A DNA stretch of 64,000 nt from assembly GCA_900541935.1 (NCBI GenBank), contig UQLZ01000001.1:19019-83018 (forward strand). The letters are read 5' to 3'. The notes under the pieces are model-generated. The model did not search any database, had not been told where the DNA came from, and saw only the letters and a program-made list of their open reading frames with translations. Made by a program: the position numbers and the translations under genes. The stretch comes from an uncultured Prevotellaceae bacterium (GTDB lineage Bacteria; Bacteroidota; Bacteroidia; Bacteroidales; Muribaculaceae). Positions within the stretch are counted from its first letter, which is position 1. Each line of letters opens with the position of its first letter. Positions 19,124 to 29,072 of the stretch are shown here, piece by piece.

Positions 19124-20857
19124 ATGAGAAGAATTGGAAGAATAATTGTATCTGTGGTGTTGCTTCTATGCGGAATGCTGCAGGTAGAAGCGGTTGCTCC
19201 AAAGTATGAGCATCGCAGTATGTGGGTAGCGACTGTTTCCAATATTGACTGGCCGACCAGCCGTGGCTCAAGTCAGGCTGCGGCAGAGATTCAGAAGAAA
19301 GAGATGATTCGTATTCTGGATGATCTCCAGAGGGCGAATTTTAACGCCGTGAATTTTCAGATACGCCCGATGGCAGATGCTTTGTATAATTCTGCGTATG
19401 AGCCGTGGTCGTATTATGTATCCGGGCAAAGAGGCAAGGCTCCAGCCTATGATCCGTTGGCTTTTGTTGTGGAAGAGTGTCACAAGCGTGGCCTTGAATG
19501 CTATGGTTGGGTTAATCCGCTTCGCTTTTCCAATGGCTCCAAGTATGGTACGCCAAATGATGTTCAGATGCAGAATGACGGGTGGATAATCTCTCACGGT
19601 GGCAAAATGATTATGAATCCTGCTTTACCGGCAGTTCGCCAGCGAGTCGTTGACGTATGTAAGGATATTCTTTCAAAATATGATATAGATGGTCTCGTCT
19701 TTGATGACTATTTCTACCCGAGTGGTATCCCTACCAATTCCAGTGCAGGGGATTATAATCAGTGGAAGGCTTCCGGTACGTGAGATTTTGGAGACTGGCG
19801 TCGTGCGAATGTCAATACTCTTATTAAAGAAGTTTATGAAATGATTCAGTCATATAAACCTTATGTCAGATTTGGTATGAGTCCACGCGGTATTGCTTGT
19901 ACGGATGCTTCTGTGGCTGAGTCGCATGGCGTTGACCGTTGCCTTTCTGGTTATGATTCGCAATATACTCAGATCTTCTGCGATCCTGTTCAATGGTATG
20001 AGGATCGTTCAATTGACTTTATGTCGCCTCAAATCTATTGGGCTCGCGGTTATAATCTCGGTGACTTTTCTATCTTATGTCCCTGGTGGGCAAAAGTGGC
20101 CAAAAAGTTCGGGCGCCATTTCTATACTTCACACAGCCTTGAGTACTTCAAGGATTCAAACAAGACTACCCGTGAGCAGGATTTTGCCGGGATGGCAGCC
20201 CAGGCGCAGATGAATAGAGACGAGTCGCTTGACGGGGCTCCGGGGGCAGTTTTCTATTCATATACTTGTCCAGGAGCGAGAACGGAAGATGGAAAGGATT
20301 TCTTTGACTATATGCGTGTCAATGCATTTGAGACAAAGGCTCTTCAGCCGGCAATGACATGGAAGAACGCTCCAACACAGGGTACAGTTCAAGGGTTGCG
20401 AGTTTCTAATGGCAATTTAACTTGGGAAAAGGTTGAAAATGTTAGATATGCCGTTTATTTGCTACCTAAAAATTCTGAGCATTCCGCAAAGGGTTTGACA
20501 GCGCAAAATCTGAAGGCTCACACCTATTATAATATATATACTATACCGGAGGGTTGTGAGGATTGTGAATTTGCTGTTACTATTGTTGACAGATATGGCA
20601 ATGAGTATGAAGCGGCGTGGCTTTCTCTTTCTTCCGGAGGCGTTGAAGACGTAGAGGAGGAAACTGTTGAAGTGGCTGTAGGGCAAGACGGCGTTTCATT
20701 CAGCAGCTGCGTTGATGCGTCGCTCTATGATGTATCCGGCAGGTTGCTTGTAAAGGTTGAGGATTCCTGCTTTATGCCTGTTGGTAGTTATTGTGGGGTG
20801 GCTGTTCTTAAGTATAAAGAAGGTGATTCTGTTAAAACCAAAAAGTTGGTTTTTTAA
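19124..20857 (+). pseudogene. GHL10-family (glycoside-hydrolase-like 10, PF02638-type) secreted protein with T9SS C-terminal domain, interrupted by an in-frame TGA at 19781-19783
   Basis: The two ORFs (19076..19783, 19841..20857) share one frame. Across the stop the protein reads ..DYNQWKASGT*DFGDWRRANVN.., which aligns with the intact paralogs ..GGGTLSQADWRRENVN.. with Leu at the stop position. Signal peptide present. The C-terminus looks like a Por tail. Confidence 0.7.
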
Positions 20858-21190
20858 GATAGTGTCCCAAAATAAAATAGGAGAACCGTGCAGGTTTAAA
20901 AATGTGTTTATAATATTTAATTATTCTTTATATCATCAAAAAAAAGTCATAAAGAATTATGTAATTAAAAAAAAAGATGTAGTTTTGTATGAATTTAGTT
21001 GAATAAAAGTATTCTCGATGCGAAACTGTAAAGAACAAAGGTTCAGCGGTTTAACAAAGAATTGGCAAAGCGGTGTTTTATTTGTTAAAATTTGGCTTTT
21101 ATGTGACTAAATTTATGACAAGGAGTGTTAAAACAAATATAAGCCTAATATAAACTAAAAACCTTGAACATAAACAAACAAAAAGTAATT

Positions 21191-24100
21191 ATGAGAAAAC
21201 AGTTATTGCTTCTGTTATTTTCCCTCTTTGCGGTTGTGGGTTATGCTCGCACTGTATCGGGTGTTGTTACTTCAGCTTCAGACAAGGAGCCATTGATTGG
21301 CGCAACAGTCAAAGTTGTAGGAACTCCGCGCGCTACAGCCACCGATTTTGACGGAAAATATACAATCGAAGCCGGGGACAATGATGTCCTGGAGGTTTCT
21401 TACATCGGTATGACAGCATCCAAGATTAAAGTTGGAGGTCGCGATGTCGTGAATGTAGAGTTGCAAGAGAACTCACAGGTTCTTGACGAAGTCGTAGTAA
21501 CAGCGATGGGTCAGACTCAAGAAAAGAAGAAATTGAACTTCGCGGTTCAGTCATTGGATTCAGATGACGTAACAGCAGGTAGCTCTGCTAACTTTGCAAA
21601 CAGTTTGCAAGGTAAGGTGTCTGGTTTGCAGGTATCAGCAGGCGGTAGTTCACCAAACTCATCAACACAGGTTATTATCCGTGCGATTTCATCAATCAAC
21701 CCGGCACAAAGTAACGAGCCGTTGATTATTATTGACGGTATGCCAGTTCGTGGTGCAGGTACAAGCCTTGGTGACCTTAACCCTAACGACATTGAGAACA
21801 TGAGTGTCTTGAAGGGTGCTGCAGCATCTGCCCTTTATGGTCAGGAAGCAGCAAACGGCGTTATCATGATTACAACAAAGAAAGGTCAAGTTGGTCAGAT
21901 TAAGGTGACAGCGCAAGGCAGTTGGGAAATTAACACAACAATGCGTGAGCCAAAATTGCAAGATCAATTTGTTGGCGGTACTGCTGGCTTCTATAAGGAG
22001 AATTCAGTTGGTGGTTGGGGCCCATATTTGAAAGAAGGAGATCGCGTTTACGACAACCTTGGCAACTTCCTCGGAACAGGTTTCATGCAGAAGTATGACT
22101 TGTCTATTTCTGGTGGTAGCGAAAAATTCAGCGCTTATGCATCAGCAGGTTATATGAATAACGAAGGTGTTGTTCCAAATGACTTCAGAAACCGTTTGAA
22201 CGTTTTTGTAAAGGGTGAATACAATCCTTCAAAGCAAGTTTCAATTCAATTGTCAACAAACTTTATCAATAGCAAGAGCCGTGGTTTCGGTAACTCAATG
22301 TCAACAATCTATGGTTGGTCAATCAACCGTGATATGGCAGATTATGTAACAAAAGAGGGCCGTCCAAACTGGTCAAACCGTTACGATAACTGGGATGTTT
22401 TGTTGGATGATCAAAAGATTGATGCAGTTGTTTCTCCATACTTCGGAAGATATATGGACAAGTCAGAAACGCAATCTACTCGTATGATCATTAACGGTCA
22501 AATTAAGTATGAGCCAATCAAGAACCTTGTATTTACAGGAAAATTGGGTTATGAGAAGAGCTTCTCAACATACGAGTCTTATAGCGTTCCACGCTTTGTA
22601 GACAGCGATTTTAAAGATCCAAACAACTCAGCATTTGCAGACTATAAGTATAAATTTGGTGCGTTTACGTTCCAGCCATCAAATAATACACAGTTTACAG
22701 CACAAATCTTAGGTACATATAATGTGACATTTGCAGATGATTATACATTGAATATTCTTGCTGGTGCAGATTATAAGGAAAGCAATGGTGCTGAAGCTTC
22801 TCTTGCTGGTATGGAGTACCAACTTGATGGAGACTTCTATTCATTTATGAATACAAACCCTATCTTGTACTCTACACCTCACCCTGATTATCCAATTTCA
22901 TTGTATCACTCAAGCAGAAACAAGTTTGGATATTTCGGAGAACTTCGTTTTGACTATAGGGGTATGGCACAATTGTCAGTAACAGCACGTTATGACGGTT
23001 CATCAACATTGAAACAAGTTGACTGTACATACTTCTACCCATCTGTAACTGGTGGTATCATTTTCTCAGAACTATTCAAACTTCAAAATGACTGGTTCTC
23101 TTACGGTAAGATCCGTGGTAACTGGGCGAAGGTAGGTAAAGATGCACCTGGATACCGCTTCCAAAAAGCATTTAAGAACTGGGAAGTATTCCCTGACGGT
23201 GGTTGGGGTATTGATGCAACAGCTGCACCTGCAATTATGCTAGAGCCAGAGATGACAAACTCTTGGGAAGTTGGTGCTGACTTGCGTTTCTTCGATTCAC
23301 GCACTCGTTTGGACGTTGCATGGTACTCAACAACAGTTGATAACCAAATCGTACAGGTACGCGTGTCTCCAGCATCAGGTACGATTTTACAAACACGTAA
23401 TGAGGGTTCTGTAGAAAATAAGGGTCTTGAATTGACACTTAGCCAGGATATCCTCCGTATGAAGGATTTCTCATGGACAGCAACAGCAAACTTCTCATTC
23501 AACCGCGGTAAGGTGAAATCATTGCCAGAAGATGTTTCTCAATTGGCAGGAACACAATATGGTGATATCTATACAGCAGCATATCTCGGACAATCAACAA
23601 CAGGTTTGTCAGGTAAGGATTATGAAAGAACACCAGACGGACAAATAATTGTTAACCAGGATGGTTATCCTGTAATTAGTGCTGTTAAGACAAATTACAT
23701 CGGTAACCGCGAACCAGACTTCTTGTTAGGTTTGGGTTCAACATTCACATGGAAAGACCTTTCAGTTAGTTTCTTGATTGACGGCCGTTGCGGTGGTGAT
23801 GTAGTAAACGTAACACGTCGTGGTTTGGTAGGAAACGGTATGGAAAATCTTCTTACAAAATACCGTAACCACGAAGTTGTAGTAAACGGTGTTGTAAAAC
23901 AACCAGACGGATCATACGCTCCTAACAAGACTCCAGTATTGTTTGATAGTAAATTTATTAGCGACTACTATAGTTCAGTATCATCAAACTTTATAGAAGA
24001 CGGTTCTTATATCCGTTTGAGCCACTTGACAATTGGTTATGACTTCTCTAAGTTGCTTGCAAAGAACTGCCCAGTCAAGGGCTTGAAGTTAACAGCAACA

Positions 24101-24250
24101 GGCCGTAACTTATTCTTGCTAACCAAGTACACAGGTTCAGATCCACAAATCCTTGGCGGAAATGGTGGTGGCACAGGTTCTGCCGGTGTCGATAACTATA
24201 GTGTACCTTCAACACGCAGTTTCAACTTCACTCTTAGTGCAACTTTCTAA
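21191..24250 (+). CDS. susC: SusC/RagA-family TonB-dependent outer-membrane transporter
   Basis: Signal peptide, CarboxypepD_reg-like N-terminus (TVSGVVTSASDKEPLIGATVKVVGT), TonB box, plug plus 22-strand barrel length, C-terminal F. Followed by susD. Confidence 0.9.
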   Translation: MRKQLLLLLFSLFAVVGYARTVSGVVTSASDKEPLIGATVKVVGTPRATATDFDGKYTIEAGDNDVLEVSYIGMTASKIKVGGRDVVNVELQENSQVLDEVVVTAMGQTQEKKKLNFAVQSLDSDDVTAGSSANFANSLQGKVSGLQVSAGGSSPNSSTQVIIRAISSINPAQSNEPLIIIDGMPVRGAGTSLGDLNPNDIENMSVLKGAAASALYGQEAANGVIMITTKKGQVGQIKVTAQGSWEINTTMREPKLQDQFVGGTAGFYKENSVGGWGPYLKEGDRVYDNLGNFLGTGFMQKYDLSISGGSEKFSAYASAGYMNNEGVVPNDFRNRLNVFVKGEYNPSKQVSIQLSTNFINSKSRGFGNSMSTIYGWSINRDMADYVTKEGRPNWSNRYDNWDVLLDDQKIDAVVSPYFGRYMDKSETQSTRMIINGQIKYEPIKNLVFTGKLGYEKSFSTYESYSVPRFVDSDFKDPNNSAFADYKYKFGAFTFQPSNNTQFTAQILGTYNVTFADDYTLNILAGADYKESNGAEASLAGMEYQLDGDFYSFMNTNPILYSTPHPDYPISLYHSSRNKFGYFGELRFDYRGMAQLSVTARYDGSSTLKQVDCTYFYPSVTGGIIFSELFKLQNDWFSYGKIRGNWAKVGKDAPGYRFQKAFKNWEVFPDGGWGIDATAAPAIMLEPEMTNSWEVGADLRFFDSRTRLDVAWYSTTVDNQIVQVRVSPASGTILQTRNEGSVENKGLELTLSQDILRMKDFSWTATANFSFNRGKVKSLPEDVSQLAGTQYGDIYTAAYLGQSTTGLSGKDYERTPDGQIIVNQDGYPVISAVKTNYIGNREPDFLLGLGSTFTWKDLSVSFLIDGRCGGDVVNVTRRGLVGNGMENLLTKYRNHEVVVNGVVKQPDGSYAPNKTPVLFDSKFISDYYSSVSSNFIEDGSYIRLSHLTIGYDFSKLLAKNCPVKGLKLTATGRNLFLLTKYTGSDPQILGGNGGGTGSAGVDNYSVPSTRSFNFTLSATF

Positions 24251-24261
24251 AAACAGAAAAT

Positions 24262-26181
24262 ATGAACAAACTGAAATTTATAGCAATGTCGTTACTGCTT
24301 GGAGGACTTGGACTTGCAGGTACAACAAGTTGTGTCGATATTCTTGATGATAATGAAAATCCGGACAAGCCGTCAACAATCAGTCCGGAGGTTGGTTTGC
24401 CTGTAGTAGTTTTCTATTCTGCGCAGACCAATTATGACCACGCTGAATACAATATCTACTTGTCACAATGCTTGACAACAACAGGTATGTCGCAAACAGG
24501 TTCTTATGGCTATAAGAGCGGATGGGAGATGTTGACAATGAACCGTCACCCGCAGTGGCGTCGTCACTTCTATGACTTGGGTGAGAATATTAATATTCTT
24601 CTTAAGAATGCAGAAGATTACAAGACTCCTAACTATGGTTTGATAGCACGTACAATTCGTTTGATGTCAACACAATTGACAACAGATGCATTTGGTGACA
24701 TGCCACGTTCAGAGGCATATAAGTCAAATTCACCGAAGTATGACTCTCAGGCAAGTATTTATAAATGGATGCTTGAAGAAGCAGATGCTTTGATTGCAGA
24801 CTATGAAAATCCTGAGTTGACAGAATGTCCGACAAACAGGATTATAACAATCAAGCAAGACCGTGTTTATGGCGGTGACTTGAAGAAATGGAAAGGTTTG
24901 GTATATGCTATTAAGGCACGTATCCTTTTGCGTAATATTCCTAACATTGATACATCAGCAAAGACTTGCCAGGCTATCTATGATGCTGCAGCAAAGGCAG
25001 TTGAGATTTGGAGAAGCGATGCAACATACGGTGACTTTTTCGGATGTGAGCCACGTTACAAATTCGACGGAGGTTCTCAGCAGAAGAATGCACCATGGAG
25101 TATTGCTCAACCAATTATCAACTCTTGGGAGTCACGTAAGAACTTGTTGACAGAAGCCGTACCTTCTAAGTTTATGCTTGAAGACTGTATGGGTGTCTTT
25201 AAAAAGAGTGATGAGGTTAACGGAGGAGCATTCGTGGTAAACCGCGGATGGGCGGATGACCCACGTGCAATTTTGTTGTTCACCCCTCGTACAGGTCCAG
25301 CATCTGCAACAAATACAACAGCAAAAATAAAACTTCGCTGGTTGGAAAATAATATTGGTTGCGGTACATCATTTAAGGCTGCTAACTTCCCAGATCTTTA
25401 CTCAGGTGCATACGCTTATGACACTAAAGCATACGTTCCTTTGTTTACAATGGAAGAACTTTACTTTATCCAAGCAGAGGCTAAGTACTGGATGGGTGAT
25501 AAGGTAACAGCATGTCAGTTGGCAAAAGATGCTACACGTGCAAATATCGAGCGTCACCTTGCAGCATTCCAGGAAAAGTATCCAGATGTTATGTATCCTG
25601 GTAATGTTACAGACAAGGGTTTCCAAAAATTTGACCCGAGAGAGGTTTCAAAAGAAGGTGTTTTCACTTTGTCAGAAGCACGTTGGGATGCAACAGTAGA
25701 AGCATTCCTTAATAATGCGGACCAAGAGGGTGAAAAACTTGCTCCAGTAAAAGGTGTTACAGATTCAAAGACTCCGGGTAACCATCGTTGGTACTTCAAT
25801 GAGTCGGAGTTCTCATTGAGTGACTTGATGATGCAGAAGTATGTGGCAATGTACATGCAACCAGAGCAATGGACTGATATGCGTCGTTATCACTTTAGCA
25901 ACGAGCGTAACAAATATGGTATTGGTCCTAACCAAGAAATCGTATATGAGGGACTTCGCCGTCCGTATAACTTGTATGCGCCATATTGGGTAGATGGTTT
26001 GACAGAGGAGCAAAAGGAAAATACTTGGATCCAACGTATTAACTATGACCCAGAAACAGAGGAAAGATACAACAAGGCTGAGTTGGAAAGACTTGGTGCT
26101 TATAAGAACTATAAGTGGTTGCAGAAGCCGATGATCTGGGCTGAGAAAGCAGGAGTTCGTACATCATTGACAGCAGAATAA
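24262..26181 (+). CDS. susD: SusD/RagB-family nutrient-binding outer-membrane lipoprotein
   Basis: Lipobox GTTSC. 639 aa, TPR-like SusD architecture, immediately downstream of susC. Confidence 0.85.
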   Translation: MNKLKFIAMSLLLGGLGLAGTTSCVDILDDNENPDKPSTISPEVGLPVVVFYSAQTNYDHAEYNIYLSQCLTTTGMSQTGSYGYKSGWEMLTMNRHPQWRRHFYDLGENINILLKNAEDYKTPNYGLIARTIRLMSTQLTTDAFGDMPRSEAYKSNSPKYDSQASIYKWMLEEADALIADYENPELTECPTNRIITIKQDRVYGGDLKKWKGLVYAIKARILLRNIPNIDTSAKTCQAIYDAAAKAVEIWRSDATYGDFFGCEPRYKFDGGSQQKNAPWSIAQPIINSWESRKNLLTEAVPSKFMLEDCMGVFKKSDEVNGGAFVVNRGWADDPRAILLFTPRTGPASATNTTAKIKLRWLENNIGCGTSFKAANFPDLYSGAYAYDTKAYVPLFTMEELYFIQAEAKYWMGDKVTACQLAKDATRANIERHLAAFQEKYPDVMYPGNVTDKGFQKFDPREVSKEGVFTLSEARWDATVEAFLNNADQEGEKLAPVKGVTDSKTPGNHRWYFNESEFSLSDLMMQKYVAMYMQPEQWTDMRRYHFSNERNKYGIGPNQEIVYEGLRRPYNLYAPYWVDGLTEEQKENTWIQRINYDPETEERYNKAELERLGAYKNYKWLQKPMIWAEKAGVRTSLTAE

Positions 26182-26200
26182 TTTAAAACAGATAATTATT

Positions 26201-27262
26201 ATGAAATTACAATATAAATTAGGGGCCATTGCATTATCAGTAGTTGCTTTGTCATCCTGTGAAATGAACGATCCATATGGAGACGTTGTAGAGGTTGGCC
26301 AGCCGGTGCCAACAGTTTCATGGGAACTTGGAGGATCAGTAGCAACTGCAGGTGACTCTGTTTCATTCCTTGGAAAGTATTATGCTGAAAAGGGAAGAAC
26401 AATTGATCATTCAGAAGTGTGGGCTCTTGTTTCAAAGGAAGAATCATGTGAGGCAACATTGAGGTTGTCATCTTCATTGGCATATACCAAGTCAGTTGGT
26501 TTTAGTGATACAATTCGCATGAGCCAAAAGGTTAGTGAGTATCCTCATTCACAAGCAGAGTGGGATGGCTATGAGTTCGTATTGAACGCAAAGTTCCCAA
26601 CTTCACAAACATTGAAAACCTTGATTTGGCAGAATATCCCGAAATGGGATGCTGATAAATTTGCAGCATATTTCCCACAAGGATTCAAAGAGGAGTTTGT
26701 TGAGCATGTGCTTGGTGAAATGGTAAAGGATGCATGTTATAATGACCTCCGTCACGTATATATCAACTATGATTTTTCAGTAGACCAATTCCAGTCAGTT
26801 ATTGCTAAGCATGCAGAATTAGATGCTGCTATTCTTAACAAACTAGCGTTGGTAGACGCTGGTGAGAAATCAGATGCATGGTATACAGATGTAGAGAAGG
26901 TGGTTGGCAAATACTATAAGACAGTAGATGCAGAAGGAAAGACTGTATATAATGAAGTAGGTCTCGATTTCAATGATCCGAACATTCCAGTATATAATGT
27001 TTACGAGTCTTCAGCATGGGTTTTCTGTCGTTATGACGATGACCAAGGTAAGATTTTGACATCAGTTCGTCCTGAGTATATTCCGTTCTTTAAGGATTTG
27101 ATTACTCTTATTCCTTTCCAAGATTGGATTTACAATGTTGGCGAAAAGCAATATGCAGTATCATTCAAGAGATCTTATGGATTAGGTGTTGTATTCAAGG
27201 TTTATGATACTGATGGCAATGTTGGTTATACAACAGAACCCAAAAAGGTTAGTCTTAACTAA
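26201..27262 (+). CDS. hypothetical surface lipoprotein (SusE/F-position gene)
   Basis: Lipobox ALSSCEMND. Positioned after susD. Confidence 0.6.
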   Translation: MKLQYKLGAIALSVVALSSCEMNDPYGDVVEVGQPVPTVSWELGGSVATAGDSVSFLGKYYAEKGRTIDHSEVWALVSKEESCEATLRLSSSLAYTKSVGFSDTIRMSQKVSEYPHSQAEWDGYEFVLNAKFPTSQTLKTLIWQNIPKWDADKFAAYFPQGFKEEFVEHVLGEMVKDACYNDLRHVYINYDFSVDQFQSVIAKHAELDAAILNKLALVDAGEKSDAWYTDVEKVVGKYYKTVDAEGKTVYNEVGLDFNDPNIPVYNVYESSAWVFCRYDDDQGKILTSVRPEYIPFFKDLITLIPFQDWIYNVGEKQYAVSFKRSYGLGVVFKVYDTDGNVGYTTEPKKVSLN

Positions 27263-27276
27263 TTAATTGAGAAAAA

Positions 27277-28989
27277 ATGAAGAAGTTATTAAAAAATATT
27301 TGTTTATTCAGCGCTTTGCTTTTCGCTTTCTCTTCATGTGTTGAGAGTGATCCGGAGTACACAGATTTCCCATCAAAGGATGTTGATTTTAGGTATTCAG
27401 TTGCACCTAACGCCGAAGGCGAAGTAGAGTTTGCGTTGGATTATTATGTTGTATCTACAATTCAATTTACAAATACTTCTGCAAAGTCAGGTAAATTGAC
27501 TTGGGATTTTGGTGACGGTCAGACTTCGAACGAGGCAAATCCGTTGCATAAGTATGAAAAAGCAGGTACTTACAAGGTTGCATTGACAGTAGAAGGTGTA
27601 GGTACTCGCACATATCCTATTATGATTTATGATATCGCACCAGTCCTTTCAATTAAGGATAAGAGTGCAGATGTTGTATTGGCTAATGAGGTGACAGTTG
27701 ACTTGGGAATTTTCCTACCGAATCCGGAAAAGTTGAAAGTCGAATATGAATTGTTCTTCCCAGAAGGTGCAATTAATAAAGATGGCGCAGAGATTACAGA
27801 ACCTATCAAAATCATCGAGGAAAACGGTAAGGTTCAATTCCCGGAAGGCATCAAGTTCCGTAACATTGGATCACAGAAGGTTCTTGTAAAGACAACATTC
27901 GATGTTGATGGAAACCCAAGAAAATTGGAAGATTCTTACGTAAATGTTCAAGTTGGTTCGCCAATCGAGGCTCCTACACTATATTATGCAGTATATGGAG
28001 GCAATATTATGGCTTATAAGTTATTGGATGAAACAAAACTTCCAGAAGGAACAAAGAATCTTCCATTCGATATGGGAGTAAATAGTGGAACAACACCAGT
28101 ATGTCTTGTATTCGCTGACGGTGTTGGTGAGGAAGGTCAATCAGGAACAATTTATATCCTTGACCCAGGAAAACAATACACTTATATTAATGACGAAAAT
28201 AATGTCTTGGGCGATGGTAAGATTTCTGTTATGAATCCTGACGGAACAGGTGTTAATGTATTTGTTACAAATGTTGGTCAAGGAGCGTTCTTTGACCCAT
28301 TCTATGGTGCCGTTGACGGAAATAACTTGATTTACTCAGACCGCAACACTGGTCTGCGCAAGACAGACCTTAAGGCTCGTGGTGAGAAAGAGAAGAATGA
28401 TTACCTTGTTCAAAATGACTATCTTGCATACTATAGCCGCACATCTTTGGCATACGGTGCAATCAGTTGTACAATCTTGAAGGACAGTAAGGGTAACTAC
28501 TGGTGGGGCAAGTGCTTCAACGGTAATGGTATCTTCCGTTTCAAGGCTGAAAACATTGGCTACTACAAGGATAACAAGGTACTTCCAAATAAGGTTATCT
28601 TGGAGAATAGAAACTTGAAGTCATTTATGATAGACGAAGGAAGAAGCGGTTTGTATGTATTCCGTACAAAAGATGCAGATACTGGTTTCTATGCTTATAC
28701 ACTTCCAGGTGACTTTGAAGATGTTTCTGCACCAGTTGCAAAATTCAGCATAGAAGCAGATCCTATGAATACATCAGCAGATGAAGGTTTGTATGTTACA
28801 CAAATGGCTCTTGATAAAGAAACCGGTTATGTTTACTTTGGATTCAACAAGGCAGCGACAGACAATTCAGCTTATGCAACAGGTATGCTTTACTACAATC
28901 CAGACAGCAAGAAGTTGCACTCTGTAGATGTAATTAAGGATAAGATTCTTGGCGTTGTTGTCAACGATCATAAGACAAATTTATTCTAA
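27277..28989 (+). CDS. hypothetical lipoprotein with PKD domain
   Basis: Lipobox FSSCVESD. PKD signature TWDFGDGQTSNEANPLHKYEKAGTYKVALTV. Confidence 0.65.
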   Translation: MKKLLKNICLFSALLFAFSSCVESDPEYTDFPSKDVDFRYSVAPNAEGEVEFALDYYVVSTIQFTNTSAKSGKLTWDFGDGQTSNEANPLHKYEKAGTYKVALTVEGVGTRTYPIMIYDIAPVLSIKDKSADVVLANEVTVDLGIFLPNPEKLKVEYELFFPEGAINKDGAEITEPIKIIEENGKVQFPEGIKFRNIGSQKVLVKTTFDVDGNPRKLEDSYVNVQVGSPIEAPTLYYAVYGGNIMAYKLLDETKLPEGTKNLPFDMGVNSGTTPVCLVFADGVGEEGQSGTIYILDPGKQYTYINDENNVLGDGKISVMNPDGTGVNVFVTNVGQGAFFDPFYGAVDGNNLIYSDRNTGLRKTDLKARGEKEKNDYLVQNDYLAYYSRTSLAYGAISCTILKDSKGNYWWGKCFNGNGIFRFKAENIGYYKDNKVLPNKVILENRNLKSFMIDEGRSGLYVFRTKDADTGFYAYTLPGDFEDVSAPVAKFSIEADPMNTSADEGLYVTQMALDKETGYVYFGFNKAATDNSAYATGMLYYNPDSKKLHSVDVIKDKILGVVVNDHKTNLF

Positions 28990-29018
28990 ACATCAGTTTA
29001 ATATAAATTCATGATTTT

Positions 29019-29066
29019 ACAAGAGCCACACTTCTCCATAAGGATGGTTGTGTGGCTCTTGTTTTA
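29019..29066 (+). terminator. strong hairpin (13-bp perfect stem ACAAGAGCCACAC/GTGTGGCTCTTGT) followed by TTTT; intra-locus terminator or attenuator
   Basis: Perfect inverted repeat 30 nt after the PKD-lipoprotein stop. It overlaps the GTG-extended ORF start of the next gene. Confidence 0.5.
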
Positions 29067-29072
29067 ATAGAT

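Noticed and set aside
2320-19783. Alternative genetic code or stop-codon reassignment as the explanation for the in-frame TAA and TGA
   Set aside because: Many intact genes here terminate normally with TAA (susC, susD, rpoN, purE), TGA (ispG, the 6894..8315 lipoprotein) and TAG (folB). The organism is otherwise typical Bacteroidales.
19781-19783. Selenocysteine insertion at the in-frame TGA
   Set aside because: The paralogs have Leu at this position. There is no obvious SECIS-like hairpin immediately downstream. Bacteroidales generally lack Sec machinery.
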